From Candidatus Limnocylindrales bacterium (lineage in GTDB: Bacteria > Chloroflexota > Limnocylindria > Limnocylindrales > CSP1-4), in NCBI GenBank assembly GCA_036556145.1, contig DATBKB010000023.1, forward strand, positions 1 through 57,351: DNA of 57,351 nt, in the 5' to 3' direction. A program made the translations under genes and the position numbers. Within the stretch, counting starts at the first letter, position 1, and each line of letters opens with the position of its first letter. The notes beneath the pieces are model-generated. The model worked only from the letters and a program-made list of their open reading frames with translations. It was not told the DNA's origin and made no database searches. Positions 35,683 through 43,169 of this stretch are shown here, piece by piece.

Positions 35683-35829
35683 GTGGTTCGCGCCGTCGGC
35701 TCACGCCGCGCTCTTCACTGCGCGTCGACATTCTCAGCGGTCCTCTCCGCGGCCGGTTGACGTTCTCGGCGGATGCGTGCGAGGGGCCGGCGGCGGCGTG
35801 GCCACCGCCGGCCCCCAGGAGAGGAGGAG

Positions 35830-37212
35830 CTAGAGGAGCGCGTTGGCCGCCGCGACAGCGTCGGTCAGCGCCTTCTGCGGGTCGACGTTGTTGAAGAGGG
35901 CCGACTCGATCGCCCGCTTGACGATCTCGTTGACGTCGGCCTTCTTCGGGACGGTCGGAACGATGTCCGACAGCTTCGACACGATGTCCTTGGCGATCGG
36001 CTTCGCGCTGTCCTCGATCGCCACCGGCGCCGCCGCGAAGAACGGGTCGTCGTACGACGCAGGGGTCGAGGGGTAGATCGCCACGATCTTCGAGAACTCG
36101 AGCATCGACCTGGGGTTGGTGAAGAACTGGGCGAGGGCGATCGAGGCCTTCGGGAACTTCGTGTCCTTCTTGACCGAGATGCCCATGAGGCCCTTGCCGA
36201 CGATGCCGGACTTGCCGACCGGCGCCTGGACCGCGGCGAGGTAGCCGTACAACGCCGGGTTGTTCCTGCGGACCTCGCGGATGAGGTTCGGACCGGTCAG
36301 GTAGAACGGCGCCTCGCCGGTCGTGAACAGGTCGAGCCCGACGCGGTCGTCGCCGAGGAGTGCGCTCCGGTCGACCGTGCCGGCCTTGACCATGTCGACG
36401 TACATCTGGAGCCACTGGACGGCGGCCGGTGAGTCGAAGGTGAACTTGCCGTCGTCGCCGATGATGTCGACGTCGCCCTCGTAGACCATCTGCGCCAGCA
36501 GGTCGGTGACCGTCAGGCGGACGTCGCACAGCTTGCCGGTCTTCTCCTTGATCGTCGCGCACAGCGCGGGCAGGCCGTCGATGGTCTTCGGGAAGTCCTC
36601 GACCTTGAGGCCGGCGCCACCCTCGTACTCGACCGGGTCGGTCCCGGGCTTCGGCGTCCCCGTGTAGATCTGCGTGTTGATCAGGGCGACCGAGATGCCC
36701 TGGTACCACGGGAACTGGAAATTCTGGCCGTCGACGAGCTGCTGGTTCCAGAGCCCCTCGAAGTAGACGTCCTTGATCGACTGATCGACCTGGTCGTTGA
36801 GCCCGAGGAGCAGGCCGCGGCTCGCGTAGTCGCTGACCCAGCCCTCGCTCACCGAGAGGTTGATGACGTCGGGTGCGCTATTCGCGGCGAACTCGTTGTC
36901 GAGGTCCTCCTGGAACGTCGCCTGGTGGTCTTCCCAGTTGACCTTGACGCCCGGGTACGCCTGGTTGAAGCGCGTGATCGTGTCCTTGATGTAGTTGTCG
37001 AACGTCGGCGACAGGTAGAACGTCCAGAACTCGATCTCGGCGCCGGACTCGACGCCGGTGATGACCGCTTCCTCGTTCGGGGCAACGGACGATGTCGGCG
37101 TCGCGCCCGGTGTCGACGCGGGCGGGCTCGAGGTCGGGCTCGCCGCCGGCGTACAGGCGCCGATCGCGAGCACGAACGCCGCGACCAGCGCGATCAGCTT
37201 CCTGAACCTCAT
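35830..37212 (-). CDS. Extracellular sugar-binding lipoprotein of ABC importer (family 1 SBP)
   Basis: 460 aa. GGAGGG lies 7 nt before ATG 37212. A signal peptide with lipobox LAIGAC is followed by a Ser/Pro/Thr linker and a typical SBP_bac_1 body. Confidence 0.9.
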   Translation of the reverse strand: MRFRKLIALVAAFVLAIGACTPAASPTSSPPASTPGATPTSSVAPNEEAVITGVESGAEIEFWTFYLSPTFDNYIKDTITRFNQAYPGVKVNWEDHQATFQEDLDNEFAANSAPDVINLSVSEGWVSDYASRGLLLGLNDQVDQSIKDVYFEGLWNQQLVDGQNFQFPWYQGISVALINTQIYTGTPKPGTDPVEYEGGAGLKVEDFPKTIDGLPALCATIKEKTGKLCDVRLTVTDLLAQMVYEGDVDIIGDDGKFTFDSPAAVQWLQMYVDMVKAGTVDRSALLGDDRVGLDLFTTGEAPFYLTGPNLIREVRRNNPALYGYLAAVQAPVGKSGIVGKGLMGISVKKDTKFPKASIALAQFFTNPRSMLEFSKIVAIYPSTPASYDDPFFAAAPVAIEDSAKPIAKDIVSKLSDIVPTVPKKADVNEIVKRAIESALFNNVDPQKALTDAVAAANALL

Positions 37213-37328
37213 CGTCGATCCCTCCTTGTGGATCTCACCTCGTTGGACCATGGGTGCAACCTCACTCGCTGTCCTCCTCGTCGCCGCCGCGCCACCCCCG
37301 CGTCGCGCGGCGCCACTCCCGACCTCCT

Positions 37329-38375
37329 CTACTCGTCGCCCACCTCCCTCCCCTCGACCGGCGACAGCCGATCGGCGGCGGCCGGTGACGGCCGCTCGCC
37401 CGAAGCCGCTGCCCGCGCCAGGGTCACCGCGCCCCAGGCACCGGCCTCGGATCCGGAAGGCAGCAGATGGACGACGCCGGGCCGGAGGACCTCGCGGGCG
37501 AGCGCGGACGCGTCGCGAAGTCGATCGAGGGCCCGGAGGATCGGGTCGAGAAACGCGTCGCCGGCGCCGGCCACGCCGCCGCCGATGACGACGACCTCGA
37601 CGTCGTACGTCATCACGAGCAGGTGGACGGCCCGGGCGATGTGAGCGCCGACGTCGGCGGCGATCTCGGCGGCGAGGGTGTCCCCGGCGGCGGCCGCCTC
37701 GTATACGTCGGCGGCTGTCAGATCGCCAAGGGCCGCGAGGCTGCTCGTTCCGCCGGCGGCGATCGCCGCCGCAGCCCGGCGCGCAACGGCGGGACCCGCG
37801 GCGAGCGTCTCGAGGCAGCCACGCAGCCCGCATGGGCAGGTCGGCCCGGCCGCATCGACGACGACGTGACCGATCTCGCCCGCCAGCCCGCGGACGCCAC
37901 GATGGAGGCGGCCGTCGAGCACGACGCCCGCGGCGATGCCGGTCCCGATGCTGAGATAGGCGAGGTCGGCGACGTCGCCCAGCACACCGCGTTCGTGGAG
38001 ACCGGCGGCCGCGGCGCGGACGTCGTTCTCGATCCGGACCGGCGCGCCGAGGCGCTCCGCGACCGGCGTCCCCAGCTCGAGATCGTTCCAGCCGAGGTTG
38101 ACGGCCAGCGAGACCGTGCCGTTGAGGGGATCGACCCGACCGGGAACGCCGATGCCCACGCCGGCGATCGAATCGACGGTCGCCCCGGCGTCGCCGACCG
38201 CCGCGGCGATCGCTCCGACGACGACGTCCGCGGCTCGGGCCGGCGCGCCGACCGTCGTCGGCAGGGTGTACCGGCCGCGCGGCGAAAGGCCCTTGTCGGC
38301 GACCAGCACGGCGATCTTGCTGCCCCCCACGTCGACGCCCACGAGCAGGTCGCGAACCACCGCCACGCCGCTCAT
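37329..38375 (-). CDS. ROK-family sugar kinase (likely N-acetylglucosamine/glucose kinase)
   Basis: 348 aa. It has the ATP motif GVDVGGSKI and the ROK zinc motif CPCGLRGCLE, and no N-terminal HTH. The ATG overlaps the regulator stop (ATGA). Confidence 0.85.
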   Translation of the reverse strand: MSGVAVVRDLLVGVDVGGSKIAVLVADKGLSPRGRYTLPTTVGAPARAADVVVGAIAAAVGDAGATVDSIAGVGIGVPGRVDPLNGTVSLAVNLGWNDLELGTPVAERLGAPVRIENDVRAAAAGLHERGVLGDVADLAYLSIGTGIAAGVVLDGRLHRGVRGLAGEIGHVVVDAAGPTCPCGLRGCLETLAAGPAVARRAAAAIAAGGTSSLAALGDLTAADVYEAAAAGDTLAAEIAADVGAHIARAVHLLVMTYDVEVVVIGGGVAGAGDAFLDPILRALDRLRDASALAREVLRPGVVHLLPSGSEAGAWGAVTLARAAASGERPSPAAADRLSPVEGREVGDE

Positions 38376-39574
38376 CGCGAGGGCACCAGGCCCAGCTCGC
38401 GGGTCATGAGCAGGGCGGACGCGCCGAGGACCACGACGTCCTCATCGGTGCGACCGATCTCGATCCGTGTCCCGTCGGCGAGCATCCCCAGCGACCGTCT
38501 CGCGGCCTCGTCGCGCACGGCGCTGAGCCACTGCTCGCCGAGGGCGGCGACGCTGCCGAGCACGACGATCCGGTTGACGTTGAGCGCACCGATGAGCGCC
38601 GCAACGGCACGACCGAGGAACCGGCCGGCGGACGCAACGATGGCCTGCGCCTGCGAGTCGTTCGCGTCGAGCGCAGCACGGACGTCGGCGATCGAGAGGC
38701 GTCCGCCGTCGCGCAGCCGGCGGCCGAGAGCGGACGTCGGCGACATGCGCGCCGCCTCGTCCGCGGCGGCGAGGATCGCGCGCGAGCTCGCGACGGTCTC
38801 GAGGCAGCCGAAGCGACCGCAGCGGCACGGCGCGCCGTCGTCGACGACCGTCGTGTGGCCGATCTCTCCGGCGCCGAAGCCGTCGCCGTGGAAGAGCTCG
38901 CCGCCGAGCACGACGCCCGCCCCGATGCCCTGGCCGACCTTGATCGCGATGAGGTTCGGCGTCCGAGCCGCACCGAACAGGTACTCGCCGAGCGCCGCGG
39001 CGCGCGAGTCATTCGCGACGTGCGTCGCCACGCCATAGCGATTGCGCAGCAGTCGGCCGAGCGGCAGGTCCTGCCAGTCGAGGTTGACGGCCCAGCGGAT
39101 CGTGCCGCTCGCCGCGTCGACGATGCCCGGCGTGCCGACGCCGATCCCCAGAAGCGATCCGCTTCCGCCGCCGGTGAGGCGGTCGACGAGCCGGTACACG
39201 ACGTCGAGCGCGGCTTCGCCGTCGAGGCCGTCGACGGCGAGCGTCTCGGTGCGGCCCACCTCGCCGCGAAGATTCACGACGGCCCCGGTGAACGCGCGCT
39301 CGCCGAGGTCGAGGCCGATGACATGACGCGCCGCGTCGTCGACCTCGACGAGGATCGGCGCCTTGCCGCCGCTCGACGGTCCGCGACCGACCTCGCGGGC
39401 AAGGCCCTCGGCGACGAACTCGCCGATGACCTGGCTGACGGTCGTCCGGGTCAGGCCGGTGAGGCGCGCGACCTCGGCACGGCTGATCGGGCCGTGATCG
39501 AACAACGCCCGCAGCACGAGGCCCTCGTTGTGGGCCCGCGTCTGGCGGTGGGTCGCCTTCGCCGGCAGCGCCAC
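38372..39574 (-). CDS. ROK-family transcriptional repressor (NagC/Mlc-like)
   Basis: 400 aa from GTG 39574, with GGAGAGGGAG upstream. It has an N-terminal wHTH (ISRAEVARLTGLTRTTVSQVIGEFVAEGL) plus a ROK body with CRCGRFGCLE. Confidence 0.85.
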   Translation of the reverse strand: MALPAKATHRQTRAHNEGLVLRALFDHGPISRAEVARLTGLTRTTVSQVIGEFVAEGLAREVGRGPSSGGKAPILVEVDDAARHVIGLDLGERAFTGAVVNLRGEVGRTETLAVDGLDGEAALDVVYRLVDRLTGGGSGSLLGIGVGTPGIVDAASGTIRWAVNLDWQDLPLGRLLRNRYGVATHVANDSRAAALGEYLFGAARTPNLIAIKVGQGIGAGVVLGGELFHGDGFGAGEIGHTTVVDDGAPCRCGRFGCLETVASSRAILAAADEAARMSPTSALGRRLRDGGRLSIADVRAALDANDSQAQAIVASAGRFLGRAVAALIGALNVNRIVVLGSVAALGEQWLSAVRDEAARRSLGMLADGTRIEIGRTDEDVVVLGASALLMTRELGLVPSR

Positions 39575-39599
39575 CGTCGCTCCCTCTCCACTCGTTCGC

Positions 39600-39648
39600 G
39601 ACTTTGCCAAGAGAATGGACAAAGTCACTCTAGCGGCTTTGTCAAGGG
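39600..39648. promoter_or_regulatory. Candidate operator: three copies of a CTTTG(C/T)C motif in the ROK-regulator/PBP divergent intergenic region
   Basis: GACTTTGCC (39600-39608) and its inverted partner GGACAAAGTC (39617-39626) form a 9-bp-arm palindrome with one mismatch. A direct copy GCTTTGTCAAG at 39636-39646 matches ACTTTGCCAAG at 39601-39611 at 9 of 11 positions. The site lies 26-74 nt upstream of the regulator start. Confidence 0.4.
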
Positions 39649-39767
39649 ACTGGACGAAGCTCGCCTCGATTGGAACGGCGGTGCAGACGCGCGGTGCAAC
39701 GACGCCGCAAGCGGGCGCCCGGCGGCGGCGCTCCCTTCTCCGCGGATTTCGGGCATAGTCGGGGCGA

Positions 39768-42584
39768 ATGCAGCCGTCCCCCCGATACGAGCCCGGCCGG
39801 TCCGCCGTCCCCCCGCCCGGACCGCCCCCACCCAATCGGCCCCGACAGTCGTCCGCCGGCTGGGGCGCGATGGTGCTCTTCGCGTTTCTGTTCGCGCTCG
39901 GCGCCCTCCTGGCCGTGGGCGTCGTCGGCGGCTACTTCGCGGTCGCCAATGGCCTCGACGATCCGCAGAAGCTCAAGGAGTTCCCGCTCGCCCAGGAGTC
40001 GGTCGTCTACGACCGAACCGGACAGACCGAGCTGGCCCGATTCGGCGAGGCGAAGCGCGAGATCGTCGCCTTCGACGAGCTGCCACCGGCGCTCGTCGAC
40101 GCGACGACCGCCGTCGAGGACCGGACGTTCTGGACGAACACGGGCTTCGACCCGGCGGCGATCGTCTCGGCCGGGCTCGACGCGATTCGGGGCAACGCCC
40201 GCGGCGCGTCGACGATCACCCAGCAGCTGGTGCGGGCCCGCCTGCTCAAGCCGGATCTCGTCCAATCCCGCGGCCGGACGATCGAGCGCAAGCTCAAGGA
40301 GATCATCCAGTCGATTCGCGTGACGAAGGAATTCCCCGGCGAGGAAGGCAAGAAGGAGATCATCACCGCCTATCTCAACCAGAACTTCTACGGCAACAGC
40401 AGCTACGGCGTGAAGGCCGCGGCGAAGGCGTACTTCGGCGTCGAGCTCAAGGACCTGACGCTCGCCCAGGCGGCGATCATCGCCGCGCTCCCGCAGTCGC
40501 CGTCGGAATATGACCTCGTCCGGAACGCCGTCGAGAAGGACGGCCGGCTCGTCGTCCCGGACGACACCGACATCGTCCGCCGTCGCAACCAGGTCCTCGA
40601 CCTCATGGCCCAGGGCCGGACGCCGCTCCTCGATGCCGCGGGCGAGACGCCGACGGCCGACGAGTTCGAGGCGGCCAAGAGCGAGGAGGTCGTCCTCGCC
40701 CCGCAGGACAACGTGCCGTGGAAGGCGCCGCACCTCGTCTGGGCCGTGCGCCGGGAGCTGACGGCCCGGATCTGCGGCGAGGAGGCGCAGACCTGCGCCG
40801 AGCTCGAGCGGGGCGGCTTCCGGATCACGTCGACCGTCGACCTCCGCCTCCAGGAGATCGCCGAGAAATGGGTCAAGGCCGCGGCGATCGTGCCGAAGGC
40901 GGAAGACCCCGAAGCCGCCGCAGCGGAGCTCGGGTTCGACGAGCTGCCGGCGTGGGTGGCGCGCCTGACGAACAAGGACGTGAACAACGGCGCCCTGGTC
41001 GCCATCGACTACGAGACCGGCGAGCTCGTCGCATACGTCGGCTCGGCGGACTACAACGCGACGAACAGCTCACCGAAGTTCCAGCCGAAGTTCGACGTCG
41101 TCGGCGACGGCTGGCGCCAACCGGGATCCGCGTTCAAGCCGTTCAACTACCTGACCGGCATCGACGACAAGACGATCACGGCGGCGTCGATGTTCATGGA
41201 CGTCGGCACGGACTTCGGCGGCTCGCCCGCATTCACGCCGAACGACGCCGACCTCCTGGAACGCGGCCCCGTTCGGGTCCGCAGCGCCCTCCAGTTCTCG
41301 CTCAACATCCCGGCCGTCAAGGCGGTCGACGTCAACGGCATCGATCGGGTCTTCACCCGCTCCCGCGACTTCGGCCTGCGGTACCGGACGGAGACGTCGA
41401 GTGCCGGCCTGGCGCTCGCGCTCGGGGTCCAGGAGGTCCGGCCGATCGACCTCGTGACGGGCTACGGGACGATCGGCAACCTCGGCCGGTACGTCCCGCA
41501 CACGACGATCGTCCGGATCCAGAACCCGGACGGGTCCGACTTCGAGATCGACCGCCCGGAGCCCGAGCAGGTCGCCAGTCCCCAAGCCGCGTCGATCATC
41601 CTCGACATCCTCGGCGGAAACACGGTTCGGTCGGTCAATCCGTTCTGGGGGCGCTTCCAGATCGACACGCCCAACGGCCGCCGCCCCGCCGGCCTCAAGA
41701 CCGGCACGAACAACGACGCGAAGGACCTCAATGCCTACGGGATGATCGCGCCGCCCACCGAGGAAGGCCGCGCGGCCGGCGAGTACGCGCTCGCGGTCGG
41801 TGTCTGGAACGGCAACTCGGACAACGAGCCGGTGTCGACGCCGGAGCGGCCGGTCTTCTCGATCGACGTGTCGACGTTCGTGTGGGAGGGCTTCCTCGAG
41901 GAGGCCACCGCGAAGTGGGCGATCAATCCCCTGCCCCGCGCCGAGGGTCTCGCGAGCGTCCGCGTCGACCCGTGGACGGGGCTCCTGCCGGCGGCCGGCC
42001 AGGAGGGCGTCCCCGAGCTCTTCCTGCCCGGCACGGAGCCGACGCGCCAGGTCGGGGCCTCGTCCGGGATGTGCGGGCTCGCGGTCCTCGAAGCGTCGCC
42101 GTGGGAGACGAGCAAGGGCAACTGGCTCGAGTGGAACCGCAACTGGATCGAGCGGGCGCGGCGCGGGCCCGGAACCCGCGGCGGGCCGGACGGGACGCGG
42201 GTCTCGTACTTCTACAACAACGGCTTCAACCCCTACGGCCGGTCCTGGGGTCCCATCCTCAACGCGGGGGCATGCTCCACGCCTTCGCCGGAGCCAACCT
42301 GCTTCCCGGTCCCGACGCCCGACGAGAGCGGCGTCATCCCGTCGTTCGAGATCCCGACACCGGCCGCCAGCGATGCCCCGCCGCCCGAACCGTGCCCGAC
42401 GCCCGAGCCGACGCCCTCCCCCTCGCCGAGCGAGACGCCGCTCATCGAGACGCCACCGGTTCCAACACCCGAGCCGGCGACGCCCGAGCCGTCGCTACCG
42501 CCGGTCGACACGCCGGTGCCGAGCGTTGAGCCGAGCGTCGCCATCGGTGGCGGCGGCGAACAGACTCCCCCGCCACCGCCCTGA
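39768..42584 (+). CDS. Class A penicillin-binding protein (bifunctional transglycosylase/transpeptidase) with Pro-rich C-terminal tail
   Basis: 938 aa with an N-terminal TM anchor. GT51 motifs are EDRTFWTNTGFD and RGASTITQQL. Transpeptidase motifs are SAFK (SxxK), SLN (SxN) and KTGTN (KTG). Confidence 0.93.
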   Translation: MQPSPRYEPGRSAVPPPGPPPPNRPRQSSAGWGAMVLFAFLFALGALLAVGVVGGYFAVANGLDDPQKLKEFPLAQESVVYDRTGQTELARFGEAKREIVAFDELPPALVDATTAVEDRTFWTNTGFDPAAIVSAGLDAIRGNARGASTITQQLVRARLLKPDLVQSRGRTIERKLKEIIQSIRVTKEFPGEEGKKEIITAYLNQNFYGNSSYGVKAAAKAYFGVELKDLTLAQAAIIAALPQSPSEYDLVRNAVEKDGRLVVPDDTDIVRRRNQVLDLMAQGRTPLLDAAGETPTADEFEAAKSEEVVLAPQDNVPWKAPHLVWAVRRELTARICGEEAQTCAELERGGFRITSTVDLRLQEIAEKWVKAAAIVPKAEDPEAAAAELGFDELPAWVARLTNKDVNNGALVAIDYETGELVAYVGSADYNATNSSPKFQPKFDVVGDGWRQPGSAFKPFNYLTGIDDKTITAASMFMDVGTDFGGSPAFTPNDADLLERGPVRVRSALQFSLNIPAVKAVDVNGIDRVFTRSRDFGLRYRTETSSAGLALALGVQEVRPIDLVTGYGTIGNLGRYVPHTTIVRIQNPDGSDFEIDRPEPEQVASPQAASIILDILGGNTVRSVNPFWGRFQIDTPNGRRPAGLKTGTNNDAKDLNAYGMIAPPTEEGRAAGEYALAVGVWNGNSDNEPVSTPERPVFSIDVSTFVWEGFLEEATAKWAINPLPRAEGLASVRVDPWTGLLPAAGQEGVPELFLPGTEPTRQVGASSGMCGLAVLEASPWETSKGNWLEWNRNWIERARRGPGTRGGPDGTRVSYFYNNGFNPYGRSWGPILNAGACSTPSPEPTCFPVPTPDESGVIPSFEIPTPAASDAPPPEPCPTPEPTPSPSPSETPLIETPPVPTPEPATPEPSLPPVDTPVPSVEPSVAIGGGGEQTPPPPP

Positions 42585-42607
42585 TCGTCCGACCCCCTTG
42601 ACGTGAA

Positions 42608-42634
42608 ACGGCCGGCGCCACGGGCGCCGGCCGT
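42608..42634. terminator. Bidirectional intrinsic terminator shared by the PBP gene and the convergent micro-ORF
   Basis: ACGGCCGGCGCC-acg-GGCGCCGGCCGT forms a perfect 12-bp stem. It is followed by TCTTTG on the plus strand and by TTTCAC on the minus strand. Confidence 0.65.
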
Positions 42635-42658
42635 TCTTTGCCGTGTCGGTCCGACTCG

Positions 42659-42772
42659 CTACTTCGGGATCGGGCCCTGCCCATCGCCCGCCAGGACGGC
42701 AACGGCGGTAAGCAGGCTCCAACCCAGGGCCAGGGCACCGGCCAAGGCAGCACGAAGCGAACGAACGCGCAT
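42659..42772 (-). CDS. 37-aa signal-peptide-like pre-peptide or single-pass microprotein (not in the ORF track)
   Basis: Hand translation gives MRVRSLRAALAGALALGWSLLTAVAVLAGDGQGPIPK*. GGAGGTG lies 6 nt upstream of the ATG, the stop is TAG, and the terminator hairpin lies about 25 nt downstream. The peptide has a basic n-region, a hydrophobic core of about 21 aa, a V-L-A small-residue site, then a 9-aa hydrophilic tail. Confidence 0.5.
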   Translation of the reverse strand: MRVRSLRAALAGALALGWSLLTAVAVLAGDGQGPIPK

Positions 42773-42796
42773 TTCCCACCTCCACTGGGATTGCGC

Positions 42797-42815
42797 CGTG
42801 CCTGGGGATGGCACG
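42797..42815. promoter_or_regulatory. Inverted repeat CGTGCC-N7-GGCACG in the divergent micro-ORF/XRE promoter region
   Basis: Perfect 6-bp arms centred 34 nt upstream of the micro-ORF ATG and 40 nt upstream of the XRE GTG. It overlaps the expected -35 zone of the TAGGCT promoter. Confidence 0.3.
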
Positions 42816-42830
42816 CGCGCTCGCCGGGCA

Positions 42831-42839
42831 TGCTAGGCT
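42831..42839 (+). promoter_or_regulatory. Extended -10-like element TGCTAGGCT, 6 nt before GTG 42846 (leaderless-type arrangement)
   Basis: The TANNNT hexamer TAGGCT (42834-42839) is preceded by TGC. There is no Shine-Dalgarno between it and the start codon. Confidence 0.35.
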
Positions 42840-42845
42840 TCGCTC

Positions 42846-43169
42846 GTGCGAAAGTCAAGTATTGCTAAACACTCCAGGGCCGGGACGGGAACACCCCTTG
42901 CCGCGGCCATCGGGCGGGAGCTACGGAAACGGCGACGGGCGCGGGGCTTGACCCAGGCAACGCTCGGCGCGCCGCTCACCCGCGCGTTCGTCTCGGCTGT
43001 CGAACGGGGCCACACCGTGCCCTCGATCGGCGCTCTTGCGCTGCTTACCGACAGACTGGACCTGCGCCTCGACGAGTTTTTTCAGGGGGTCAACGAGCAG
43101 ATGACGGGGGTGTATACTCGCCCCCATGGCTACCACGACCCGAACCAGGCGTCGCGTCGTCGTCGATGA
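42846..43169 (+). CDS. XRE-family helix-turn-helix protein (stand-alone HTH)
   Basis: 107 aa. The HTH_XRE core is IGRELRKRRRARGLTQATLGAPLTRAFVSAVERGHTVPSIGALALLTDRLDLRLDEFF. Its codon usage is noticeably less G/C3-biased than that of its neighbours (tca, agt, att, aaa, gga, aca, cta, aga, ttt, tat, act). Confidence 0.75.
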   Translation: MRKSSIAKHSRAGTGTPLAAAIGRELRKRRRARGLTQATLGAPLTRAFVSAVERGHTVPSIGALALLTDRLDLRLDEFFQGVNEQMTGVYTRPHGYHDPNQASRRRR

